This document shows positions 51,907 to 64,000 of a stretch of DNA of 64,000 nucleotides, piece after piece. The stretch spans positions 8,742,001 to 8,806,000 of the forward strand of contig CP075495.1 of the NCBI GenBank assembly GCA_021613535.1, in the 5' to 3' direction. This stretch comes from Adineta vaga (Eukaryota; Animalia; Rotifera). Within the stretch, counting starts at the first letter, position 1. Each line of letters begins with the position of its first letter. The notes under the pieces were generated by a model. The model did no database searches. It worked only from the letters and a program-made list of their open reading frames with translations, and was not told the origin of the DNA. A program made the translations under genes and the position numbers.

Positions 51907-52452
51907 TTATTGATTAGCTGGTTGTTGATAATTTGAATTAGGTCCTCGACGAAGACCATCTGGTGAAGCAACTTTATTGCTGAATCGTTGTTGATATTGT
52001 TCACGGCGACGAGCACGGCCGGTTTTCTTTTTTGGTTTTTCTGTAGGCGCAACCTGCAAGAGATAAAATTATGAATCGTTAAAAGAATAATCATAAATAA
52101 AAGATGAAAGAATTTACTTTTGGTGTAGCATTTCTAACTTTGCCAGCGTTATTAATTCTTCCATGAGTTTTTCCACCTAGTAATTTAACATTAGCATCAA
52201 GAACAGTGCCTGGAACAAAGTTTAGTTGTTCAATTGTTTGTTCATTATTTAAAACAGCTCCATGGAAGCTTAATACGAGATCGTTCATTAGACAGCCTGA
52301 TTCTTGAGCAACATATTCCTATAAATAGTTGAATGTATGAGAAACAAATGAGAATTTCAATCACTCAAACTTACATAAACATCTTGAACAGTGTCATCTT
52401 GTTCAACACTAAGTGCCAATAATTTGGCAGCATTGCGAATAAAGATTTGCAT
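51907..52452 (-). CDS. FAU: FUBI-eS30 fusion, divergent tandem paralog, 3 coding exons
   Basis: MQIFIR...KLLGG|[44 protein letters not shown]...RRGPNSNYQQPANQ*. Intron positions match the neighbouring copy and the frame is intact. Confidence 0.88.
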
Positions 52453-52755
52453 GTTTTCTAGTTGTATAGCTAGTAAAAGATACATTTTAGCATAAAAATA
52501 TTCACTTAAATACTCTTGCAATTGCGTTATAATAATGAAATCTTGCGTAATTTCAATTCTTGCAATATGACATTTATTAAAAATCCCCCGCCCACAAATC
52601 TTACGCAAGAAATCTATACCTACGACATCTATGCCGACATACCATATATGCAATTATCTGTTCTTATTATTTTGAAGTCATGATTACATTAATCAAGCGT
52701 CTAGTTGTGAGTGAATTCAAAAGAAAGATTAAAATGCGAATCATTTATGATGGAT

Positions 52756-52768
52756 GTTACTAGGTAAC
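52756..52768 (+). promoter_or_regulatory. RFX X-box upstream of EFHC1
   Basis: Near-palindromic GTTACTAGGTAAC ~120 nt before the ATG of an axonemal gene. Confidence 0.7.
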
Positions 52769-52885
52769 TGAGATGAAAAGACTAGCAGCGAATGTGAAGA
52801 GGAAGACAAACAAAATAGCAACAATATCATTTTTCAGTGCCTCTTGACAACTAGTTGGCGAATTTTAAGGAATAAAAGAAGAAAA

Positions 52886-55287
52886 ATGGAAGGTCTTCCA
52901 TGTTTACCCGGAAATTCATTTCGTGATCCAACAGTATGTATCAGAACTATTTGCAAACGTGTTCTATGATGCAAATATTGATATTTTATAGCAAACTAAT
53001 TTTCATGTCAGTCAGACGCTTGGTGTTAAAAATGGTCATCGCGTTACTAAATGGCCTCAAGTAGGATTAGGTAAGAAAGAATTATATTTATTTTATCAAC
53101 AAATTAATATTTAGTTGATGAGAGAAACAAGATTGATTAAGATATATTGATTTTAGGTGGTACACGAATTAATTACAATCAAATCAGTGAAGATGAATTA
53201 GAACTTCTTCGAAATTATCGTCCAGAACTTACCTATGGCAAATCTGTTACTGGCGTACCTGATAAATTCGTTCCAGCAACATTAGCATTCGATAAAAAAG
53301 TTCTTCGTTTTTTTGGATATTTTAAACAAACAGTACCTGAAAGTCCAAAGGAATACTATCGTGTTCGACCAGTTAAAGTCTTCTATTATCTTGAAGATGA
53401 TAGTTTAGAAATCTTCGAAGAAGTTCAAGAAAATAGTGGTATTCCACAAGGTAAACTAATTCGTCGTCATCGTTTTCCAAAAAATGATCAAGGAGAAACG
53501 TATAACTTTCGTGATATTAATCTTGGTCAAAATTTAGCCGTTTATGGAAAAGTATTTCGTATTTGTGAGTGTGATGCATTTACTCGAGTAAGATAGAAAA
53601 AATTCTTTCTTGTACAATTATAACTTGATTTTGCCAATTCATCTTAGGAATGGCTTGAAAGTGAAGGTATTCATGTTAATCAACCAGAATTGATACCACG
53701 TGATCCATATTTAACGAAACGACACCAAGCAGCAGAATTAAAAACTTATAAAACAAAAAATGATTTCGATAAACTCAAACAATATGTAGAAATGGATCGA
53801 AAAGTTTTACGTTTTTATGCGATATGGGATGATCGAGCACAAATGTTTGGTGAACAACGGGAATTTATTATACAATACTATCTAGTTAATGATACAATGG
53901 AAATACGAGAAGTACATAAAGCAAATGATGGTCGAGATCCATTTCCTATTCTTATTACTCGTCATAAAATTCCCAAAGATCGCTACGATGTCAAAGGTAA
54001 ATTGTTCAAATATATATATTTTTTTTTTCATTGTCTATTTAGGTACATTTCCACATGTCTTTCTTGAATTAAGTGCTACTGAAGTGTCGAATTATTTTAA
54101 ACCATCGGATTTAATGATCGGAAAAACTGTTAATATCTATGGTCGAAATTTTCTCATCTATGATTGTGATATGTTTACAAAAACGTTTTACAGCAAAAAT
54201 TTTGGCGTAACTAATTTTGAACCTATCAAGACAGAAGCAGTACGTCGTGTACATCCAAAAATGGTAAATTTGAATCTTATTATTTTGATATCGAAAGAAA
54301 TAATATCGTTCTGTAGGAAATTCCTCCATATAATGGATTTGGTACATTAGAAGATTCAGTACAAAATTGCCTACGTCTTCAACCTGATCGACCAAAGAAA
54401 GACTATGTTAAATTAATGGAAAATGATCATCGTATACTTCGTTATGAAGCTGTTCTAGTATGAAAAAGGATATGAAATGAATTCATTCAGTTTTTTTTTG
54501 TTCTTCATACATAGGATAGTCCTCGTGAAGATGATAAATTACGTAAATTTGTCATCAGCTATCATCTTGGTGATGATACGATTAGTATTCATGAACCACC
54601 TCAACGTAATTCAGGTATTATTGGTGGACGATTTCTTGAACGTACACGTGTATCAAAACCAGGTATATTCATTGTAGATTTTTAAGTGAAAATCTCTATT
54701 TCTTTGTAAAATAAAAAGGTACTTCAACGGAATATCCCGAATATTATGGTCCATCTGATTTTTCTATTGGAGCAACAGTTGAAGTATTTCGTCAACGTTT
54801 TATTATTCGTTCAGCTGATTTATTTGTCTTAAAATTTGCTGAAGAACATCCCGATCAATTTTCACCAACTGTTCTTCAATCATTACGACAACATTTAAGT
54901 AATGAACCTGGCCGACCAGATGCACGTCTCAGTACCAATATTTATGTGAAACGTAAACCAGGCGATTTCATTCGTTTATATGCCGAAATTCGTAATAAAT
55001 TAAAATCAATGCGTATCACAAATCATGAACAAATTCGACAAATGTTTTTACGTTATGATAGCGATCGAAATGGTTATGTATCTCGAGAAAATATTGTTGA
55101 CATATTTCGACAAATCAATTTACCACTTGAAAATGATATTATTGATGCGGTAAATATTCAATGAAATGGAAATTTTAAATTCTTTATTCTTACATATGTT
55201 TTTTGTTTCTAGATGGTTGCAGAATGTACAACAAACAGTGAAGGAAAAATAAACTTATATGAGTTCTTACGATTCTTTGAAAGTTAA
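52886..55287 (+). CDS. EFHC1: EF-hand domain-containing protein 1 / Rib72 (three DM10 domains + EF-hand), multi-exon
   Basis: [16 protein letters not shown]; [41 protein letters not shown]; [14 protein letters not shown]; [16 protein letters not shown]; [13 protein letters not shown]; EF-hand [12 protein letters not shown]. Confidence 0.94.
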
Positions 55288-57881
55288 ACTATATGATAAA
55301 TTTATCTCCAACATACATTTGTGATAGACAATAAATATATTCTCTTCTTCTTTCTTTCTTTCTTCTTCATCTTACTTCCATTTAAATCACCATAATTTTA
55401 TGAATTTATTTCACTTTCAACAACTTCTGTCTTCTCAATAAATAAATAAATAAATATAGAAGAAAATTTCTTCAAATTTTTTTGTTCGTGAAAAATAACG
55501 TAACATAATTACGAGAAGAAATTATAATATTCTGAATAGATTACTGTTTGAAAAAATCTAATTTATGTTTAAGCTTTTGAAGTCAGAAAAGTAATTGAAA
55601 TCGAATGAGAATTTATTTCAGTTATTCTTGATGGAATCAATCAAAATAGTCGAAATAATTTCGACGAATATTGTTCCAATTCTAACACATGACAAGTATG
55701 CAGCTATGAACTTAATAGAAATACTTATGATGTTCAACTTTTTTGAGGGTGTTTTTATGTTAAGTATTTTTAGTCTCATTATCTACTATGTAAGAAGCAA
55801 TCGAACCTATTGTATTCAGCTTTATTTGTAACATATGTATTTCATACAATCCAACGATAGTTTCTCCAAAATATGGACTAACAAGTGTTTAGTTTTGAAT
55901 TTGTTTTATGAAAGAAAACGAATTACAAGATAGACTACCGCATCATAGCTACAGCACATAAGCATACATACTCTATAATCAACAAATGATTAATATCAAT
56001 ATCTTCATTTTGATTGATAAGATAATCTAAATTAAAGTCAACGAATAAGATGAACATTTTAAAAAATGACTTATTACTCAATTCAACCAGAACTTTCTTG
56101 GAAAAAATTCGTTTTGTTATATTTAATGGATTGTCAATAAGAAATTCAGAGTTTATTAATATTGATTAAAGATTTTTTCAAAATGATATATCAGCAATAA
56201 TCTCAGCCATATGTTTCATTTTTACTTCATTTTCCATCTGTCCAACGATATCAAAAATGCAAATGATTCCCGTATCCGATTTAGTAATTGGATCATCTAT
56301 TATTTCTTCTAATAATTGAGAATGATTTTGAACTGATAGTTTTTAAATAGGCTGAAAAGATAACGACTCATTTATACGAATGAAGAATGAGTGAGAGAAC
56401 CAGCGGCGAATAGGGTTAATTATATAATGACATAATTGTATTGTTCGAGCAATGTTCTCTCGTTAGACAGACTCTAAATAAACAAGATACTCACTTTTTC
56501 TTTTTCTTCATTAGTGACCATGTCAAATAATCAGGCCCGGAAACGATCGGTTTCGTAGTATTTGGGAGAAGTGGATCTAGTGTTTGGATTTACCAATTTT
56601 TGTCTGGAATCGACAGGATTTCTTTAAGTTTTCGCTGAAAAATTTAGCGGAATACTGCTTCCGAAATCATCGTTCTGAATAAACGTACATTCATTTTTTA
56701 TTATTATTAGCGTTTGCATAAATAATCCAAGTTAAAGGTGTGGAATTGACTCATAATGATTATACCGTTAGATAATTACATTGAACGTTAAAAACATACA
56801 CTGATACAACTCTGAGTGAATAAATGTTAAAAACAAAGATACGATTGAATACTGTACAATAAATCATATTATTTATATTGTTTAAGAATATAAGTATATT
56901 TAAAAATTCTTTCTCAAACAATTTAATGAACAAAATGAAATTGCAAGTGAAATGACATTTTCATGTTAATCATAGCACTTAATTATATTTATCGAAAGAT
57001 CTGTTACTGAATTACTTGAAGAATCATACTTTTGACTTTCTTCATTGAACAATATTGATCCTCGTATCTACTCATTTTCATCTTGTCTGAAAAACTATAT
57101 TGAACGATGTTATATTTCATTTTCTTTATGAATGGAACTAATTCATATTAAAAGAATAGCATCTCAAGAACCACAAATTTCATCTCAGATCAAAGGATTT
57201 TATTGACATTATGAAAGTTTTGATATTCGCCTGTGACAGTAACAACAAGTTCATTTTTGTTCTTGAAGTTAATCTCTGTGATACCTATTTATAGCCGATA
57301 AAACTGTAACTGTCTTGACTGCTGTCTTAATGCTTTCCATAAATTTCAATATAATTATTTCGTTTAAAAATATTTTCAATGAACAACTCTCTTTAAACAT
57401 ATAACTTCGGTCATGTATTCTATCAATTCGTTTATATTTAATCGATATTTATTAATAAAGAATTTGGAATAATTGAATAAGAATTGTCTAGTCTAAATCT
57501 TTTGGATGAATGTACTTTCGAATAACAGGATTATTAAGAGAAAACATCTGATTAAAGTATTGAGACATGTTTTCAAAGCAATAGCTCTGTTGATCAATGG
57601 ATAGATTTTCGCAGCAAAACACTCGCATAAAATGCTAGTAAGATGAATGTTGTAAAGAAATCCAATGATAAATCATTAAAAATGTTGGTTTTTTTTTCAT
57701 TTGTTTTTATTATTCAAATATGGATGGACATCTGATGACAAGAATAGTAGACAGTATGAATAGAGACTAGATCTGTGTCAACGCAGGAAAGGACAACCAA
57801 ATGGATCTATAAGTTTACGAAATCTTCAAGATCAATATTGTCTATGGAAAAATAATTATGAACTATTCAATGCTGTGTTTT

Positions 57882-58160
57882 TTATTCGTCAAGTTCTGGT
57901 TCATATTCACTCTTCTTCAATTTACGATAATCATTAATTTTAAGATATTTAGCATGTTTAAATGAACCATCATCATTGATTTGAGTTTCCCATGATCGTT
58001 CAGAATTACGTCGATTAACTTTGACATCAGATGAAAATGCTAGAGAACGAAATGCGTGTCCAGCTGCCATAACCATACCAACTGTAACAATTGAAAAAAG
58101 TGGTATTAACGAATAATTTGCTTTCAGTGATTGCCATGATAAACCTTTCAAAATTGCCAT
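57882..58160 (-). CDS. NDUFA4: NDUFA4/COXFA4-like (B12D family) small mitochondrial membrane protein, 92 aa
   Basis: LKANYSLIPLFSIVTVGMVMAAGHAFRSLAFSSDVKVNRRNSERSWE matches the family pattern LIPLF..V..G...A......R.....DV....... The ORF-track extension upstream is intron/UTR. Confidence 0.75.
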   Translation of the reverse strand: MAILKGLSWQSLKANYSLIPLFSIVTVGMVMAAGHAFRSLAFSSDVKVNRRNSERSWETQINDDGSFKHAKYLKINDYRKLKKSEYEPELDE

Positions 58161-61100
58161 CTTTAGGTTTAATGAAAGTCTACAAATAAAAAACAATTTA
58201 AGAACAAAATTCTAGAAATCTGTATATTTCATTGTTTTCTCTTTTATACTTGTTTTCAAAATACTAAGTTTTTCTTTTTCTATTGTGATTACTATTCTTC
58301 ATTTCTTCCTTCGAACGATAGGATGATGTTTAAGAAACCTATTGTAATGAAAATCTAGAAAGATGTCGCTAAATTACATAGAATTAATAATAATAATCAT
58401 CTGAAAAAAGATAACATCATTGAATATATAGTATCGAATGTATTCGGATACATAATTAAGTTGCTTTTTATAACATATTCTAAAAGATTGCTTTCATTTG
58501 ACCGCGACGAAATCATATTCGATACTTCCGAATGGCATCACAATCTTAAAAAACCTAATGGCAAGACTACACTATTGCACAAGGATTATGTACGCAGTAT
58601 ACTCGTTCTTCATACGGAATATTACTTTATACAATCTATGATCATATATACATGCGAATTATCTATCATGAATATGAGAAACGATATTTTGTATTAGAAA
58701 AGATCTAAATTAAATTGTTGAAAATACGAAATTAACGATTAATTTTGATACAGCATCAAAATGAGTACAAGCTTCGTTTGTCGATCTGTTCATTACTTTA
58801 TATTCGTTTATTGACAAGACTCTATCCAACGAAATGAAATCTTTATTATTTTATGTGATACTTAAAGATGAACAAGTTATATAGACTCTTTTTTAACAAT
58901 AATAATGTTAAAAACATACATCTTCTCTATTAATAGTTTCAATCTATACTGTCTATTTATTTTAAAATCAAATTCAGATGTGTTTAGTATGTTTATAAAA
59001 AGTTTTCCTATCAATAAATTTTGTTTAGATAATATAATTGCATTAAGTATAAGATAAAATAACATGTACAACTTTTCTTTTTTTTTTCATTGCTGATAAG
59101 ATCTAAAGATAAACTGCAATTTTATTTAAATCAACATGAAAGTAACATTATTATTGTTGAAATTTTTTTCAAAGTAAACAAAGAAAACAAGATCGATGTA
59201 ATAAATTAATCATTTGATATGTAAGTGGGTCAATCATTAACTATTTCAATTCTTTATCTATCATCGATCATTGATAAAAATCTGGTGCCGATGATCATTA
59301 ATAAGAAGAAGAAAAAAGAAATTTCATTTATATCTAGTAAAAAGAAAAACATCTGCGCAATAAGATTGTTTTATTTAGAAGCAAATAATTATCGTTGATT
59401 GTTGGGAGATTTTTCACTAAAGAACAAAGTGAGCGGTAAGAGGATGATTTAAGCTTGTCATCATATACATCTATATTGATTAGTTCTAATTTCAACATCT
59501 ATTCAATTATGATTATTATGTTCTTGTGCTTACTCTTAATCTCATGTATTTGAACAATTTGTCAGATGAAAAATGTCAGTTAAACCATTGAAATTTGATG
59601 AAGCGAAAATGAATATCTCTTGTGTTGTATGTGTGTATGTGTTTTTTGATTCATATTGTGAAGTATCCAACATACACCATCCATTATGATCATGTCAAAG
59701 AGAGGTTAGATCAAAAGGTATATTCTAGTTGTTTCACTAATCGCTTTTGTGATGTGTGAACGTGTCGACAAAAATGGACACGAGCTCACGTATACAATTG
59801 TCCATTGTAAAAACAAAATTGAGCAAATTATGTCCAGAGAAACAGACAAATCAATGGTCGAATGAGCAAATTTATTTTAAAGAGCTGCTGCGACGATGTG
59901 TGTGTGTGTGTGTCTGTGTGTTGCTTTTCTAATCAATGAAGCATAAGAAGTAGAGAAAAAAATGTTCATCATTATCTCTTCAGTGGATGTGTGCTTGTCG
60001 ACACTCTTAAGCTAATCACAACACAGACAAACTGGCAGAAGATTTCTATCGAAAATTAATGTAGCATGTCGTTTCGTTGACATATTCTCAACAATGTAGT
60101 TGTATTCGTTTATCCTTGACAATTTACGCAGCACGGTTTAATAATAATCATAACAATATAATGACAATGATGAATTTGTTAGTTTTCTTTTCATAAGTTT
60201 CAAGGTATAATGCGAGAGAAAAATTTTGTTTATTAAAAATGATGTAATGCATTTTTCAAGGGTCATATGAGTTAAAAAAAGAAGAAGGAAAATGATAGAA
60301 CATTCTTTATCAAATCCTATCTATCTTTTACTCCCTTGTTGTCATCAGGGTAATAGTACGAGTCTGCACGTATACAACAAAAAAGGAATCGAATCGGTTT
60401 TTTTTTATTTCAAGGCATAAAAGCTTTCTCTTCATCATACGCTGTCTTATAACAATAAACTGTCAGAATGATTGACGTCGTCTTTTACGCTTACTTTTCT
60501 CTTTTTTTTCGACTCTACACATACAATATTCCAAACTGCGTAAACATCGCCGTGATGGAGGGTGCAGTACTTCTTCTTCTATATGATGTAGTTTTTCTTT
60601 TCAATGATTCGTTGTTTTTCTTCTGCTTTATTTGACTCATATTCACATTTATGATTTTCTTCTTAAGTGAGTAGTAAAATTAGATATAATATATTAGAGT
60701 GCAGGTGTTCATTTTAAATCAACTAATTAGAGATCATGAGTGAAATAATGATATAGGCTTTTTCTCTACTATATTTCATTTCCGGAGTATGTGCATTTTT
60801 TTATCCCATAATTGTTCGTTTTTTTTTTGATACTTTCACCGATAGTGTATGTGTATATATCTGTCTTCCGTTTCTGGTGTCGGAACGTTTTCTTTTTCCC
60901 CTATGAATGTCTATTTGTTTGTTTGCGAGTAACGGAAGCGAAGTCGATCGATTCTCATGATAACTGCACTACATCATATAAGCAACAACAACATCATCAT
61001 CATCATTGAGAGAGAGAGAGAGAATGGATGATTATCAGTTTGTAACAGCAGTATATCTGGCATATAAACACTTATAAAGAAATTTGCATAGATCATACTC

Positions 61101-61787
61101 GTTAGATTATTTTTTCTTTCTTCTTAAAATAGACTCGTCATTTCTGCAACGACAATGATCAATCAATATAGTTATACAAAAGACTATAAACAAAAAAAAA
61201 GACGAAGAAGAAGACGATGAAAGACTCTATTGCATATTGAATCTGGTTTAAATCACTGACAGTTGTCGTTCGTTGAGAATTTCTTTGCATTTTTTTTATC
61301 GTCAAAGATTGATGCCAATTAGGATGACAATAGAAACGTAAACATCTTTTGAAGATGAATAAATATCAATGAAGTGTATTTAGAAAAAAAGGTCAAACTT
61401 TTTTTTTTCTTTCTATTGGTGAAAATAGAGAAGTACTGTTTTACAAACATTGGCTGTTAGAAGAAGGAAAGAAAGAGAAGAAAAAACGAAAGAAAAAAAA
61501 GAATTTATTTTCTTCTCTCGTTCCGGCCAACCATGTTAATAGCAAGCTGCATCAACATTGGTCCAAAAAAAGAAGGAAAAATAATGAACACGAACACCTC
61601 CTTCTGTATGCAAATAGAAGAAAAAAAAAACTTTCGAAGAGAAGAGATGCGCATCGTCTTTTGTTGATCAAACAGGCTGTTACTTCTGACACGTCGTTAG
61701 AGAGAAGAGAAGCAGAAAAAGAAGAACTACTACATCGCTACTATTATTTTTTCAGAATCAAAAAAAAAAAGAAAAGAAACTAACGCG

Positions 61788-63155
<1,368 letters not shown>

Positions 63156-64000
63156 TCTGAGACAACAAGAAAAGTAAATAATATTTCCTTCTTTGTTTCT
63201 TCTGTTTCCAGTATCATATATATGTATGACGAGGAAAGATGACATTTCTTTTTTCGTTTCATTTGTTTGTTTGTTTGTTTGTTTTTTAATTCTTCGTTTT
63301 TACCCTTATTTTCTTCTTTAATTGGTCAAAAAAATACACACTCGTCTTCAATTTTTTTCTCGTTTTGAAAAAATAAACCTATCAAGCTGCTTCAGTGGCC
63401 GATGCTGCTGCTGTTGCAAATCAAATCTCGTGTTTCTCTCTCAATCTTTCTTTTTTTAGTTCGGATTGTTTGTACTATAACGAAAGAATAATGGAAAAAA
63501 AAACGAGAAGGACATATAAACTTCTCTTTTTCATCATCAATTCCAGCTGTCGCATACATCATATAAACATACATTTGACATTAGTCTTTCTCAATTTGTC
63601 GTCATTTATGTTTTCCTATGAATACAATAAAAAAAAAACTATCAACATATACTATCAGTCGTTGATGCATCATTATTATCACAAATCGTTGTTTGATTGT
63701 CGTCAGCTTGGTCGATCTTTTCATTTATTCATCTTCATTTTCTTCTTTTTTTTTATGTATTCGATCAAGTCTAGTAGATAATGTTTCAGTGGAGATAGAA
63801 ATTGAAATTTACTTTGAATCAATTTTGCTGTTTAAGGATCAACAAATTTTATTTGAGTTTTCGATCATATCTGATTACAATTGTTCAAATAAGAAGAGCA
63901 TGTGTCGAGTTTGTTTTATTGAAACAGTTCGTTTGGATTTAGACGAATACATATATCAATATTCTCTTATTATTTCTATGCTTAATTGTAAAACGAGAAG

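Noticed and set aside
56170-57500. Coding-like stretches with in-frame stops (e.g. minus-strand QLLEEIIDDPITKSDTGIICIFDIVGQ; plus-strand NIDPRIYSF)
   Set aside because: Possibly decayed gene or transposon remnants, but no family can be recognised and the frames are broken.

Overview
Eukaryotic (animal) genomic DNA: very AT-rich, gene-dense, with many ~50-65 nt GT-AG introns. The style suggests a bdelloid rotifer; this is inference, not demonstrated. Most of the window is conserved housekeeping, ciliary and developmental genes: RRM2 3' end, a Kunitz inhibitor, CNOT7/8, TPR-less SGT1, CRIF1/mL64, CHIC2, Tudor-SN, an atypical DUSP with polyQ, a Nudix hydrolase, an amphiphysin-like BAR-SH3 gene, calcyphosin-like, DNAJB with a long heat-shock element, two FAU/eS30 genes, EFHC1, NDUFA4-like and FoxG, plus two orphan genes. 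The standout is an accessory cluster at ~29.7-49.0 kb. It holds five minus-strand, intron-containing genes in two subfamilies (A1, A2, A3; B1, B2) that the ORF track fragments. Spliced by hand, they encode ~227-235 aa secreted proteins with a signal peptide, an N-terminal C-x7-C loop, four amphipathic helices in long-chain cytokine spacing and phase-0 introns around an invariant 126-nt exon. They show patchy resemblance to prolactin/growth hormone, making them a candidate invertebrate class-I helical cytokine/hormone family. The genes are interleaved with two core-1 beta-1,3-galactosyltransferase paralogs, show mosaic (gene-conversion-like) identity, and flank a foldback/MITE-like element. Other highlights are a tandem, divergent eS30 paralog with an altered N-terminal tail and operon-like tight gene pairs. 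All exon models and protein comparisons were made by eye or from memory and need computational confirmation.
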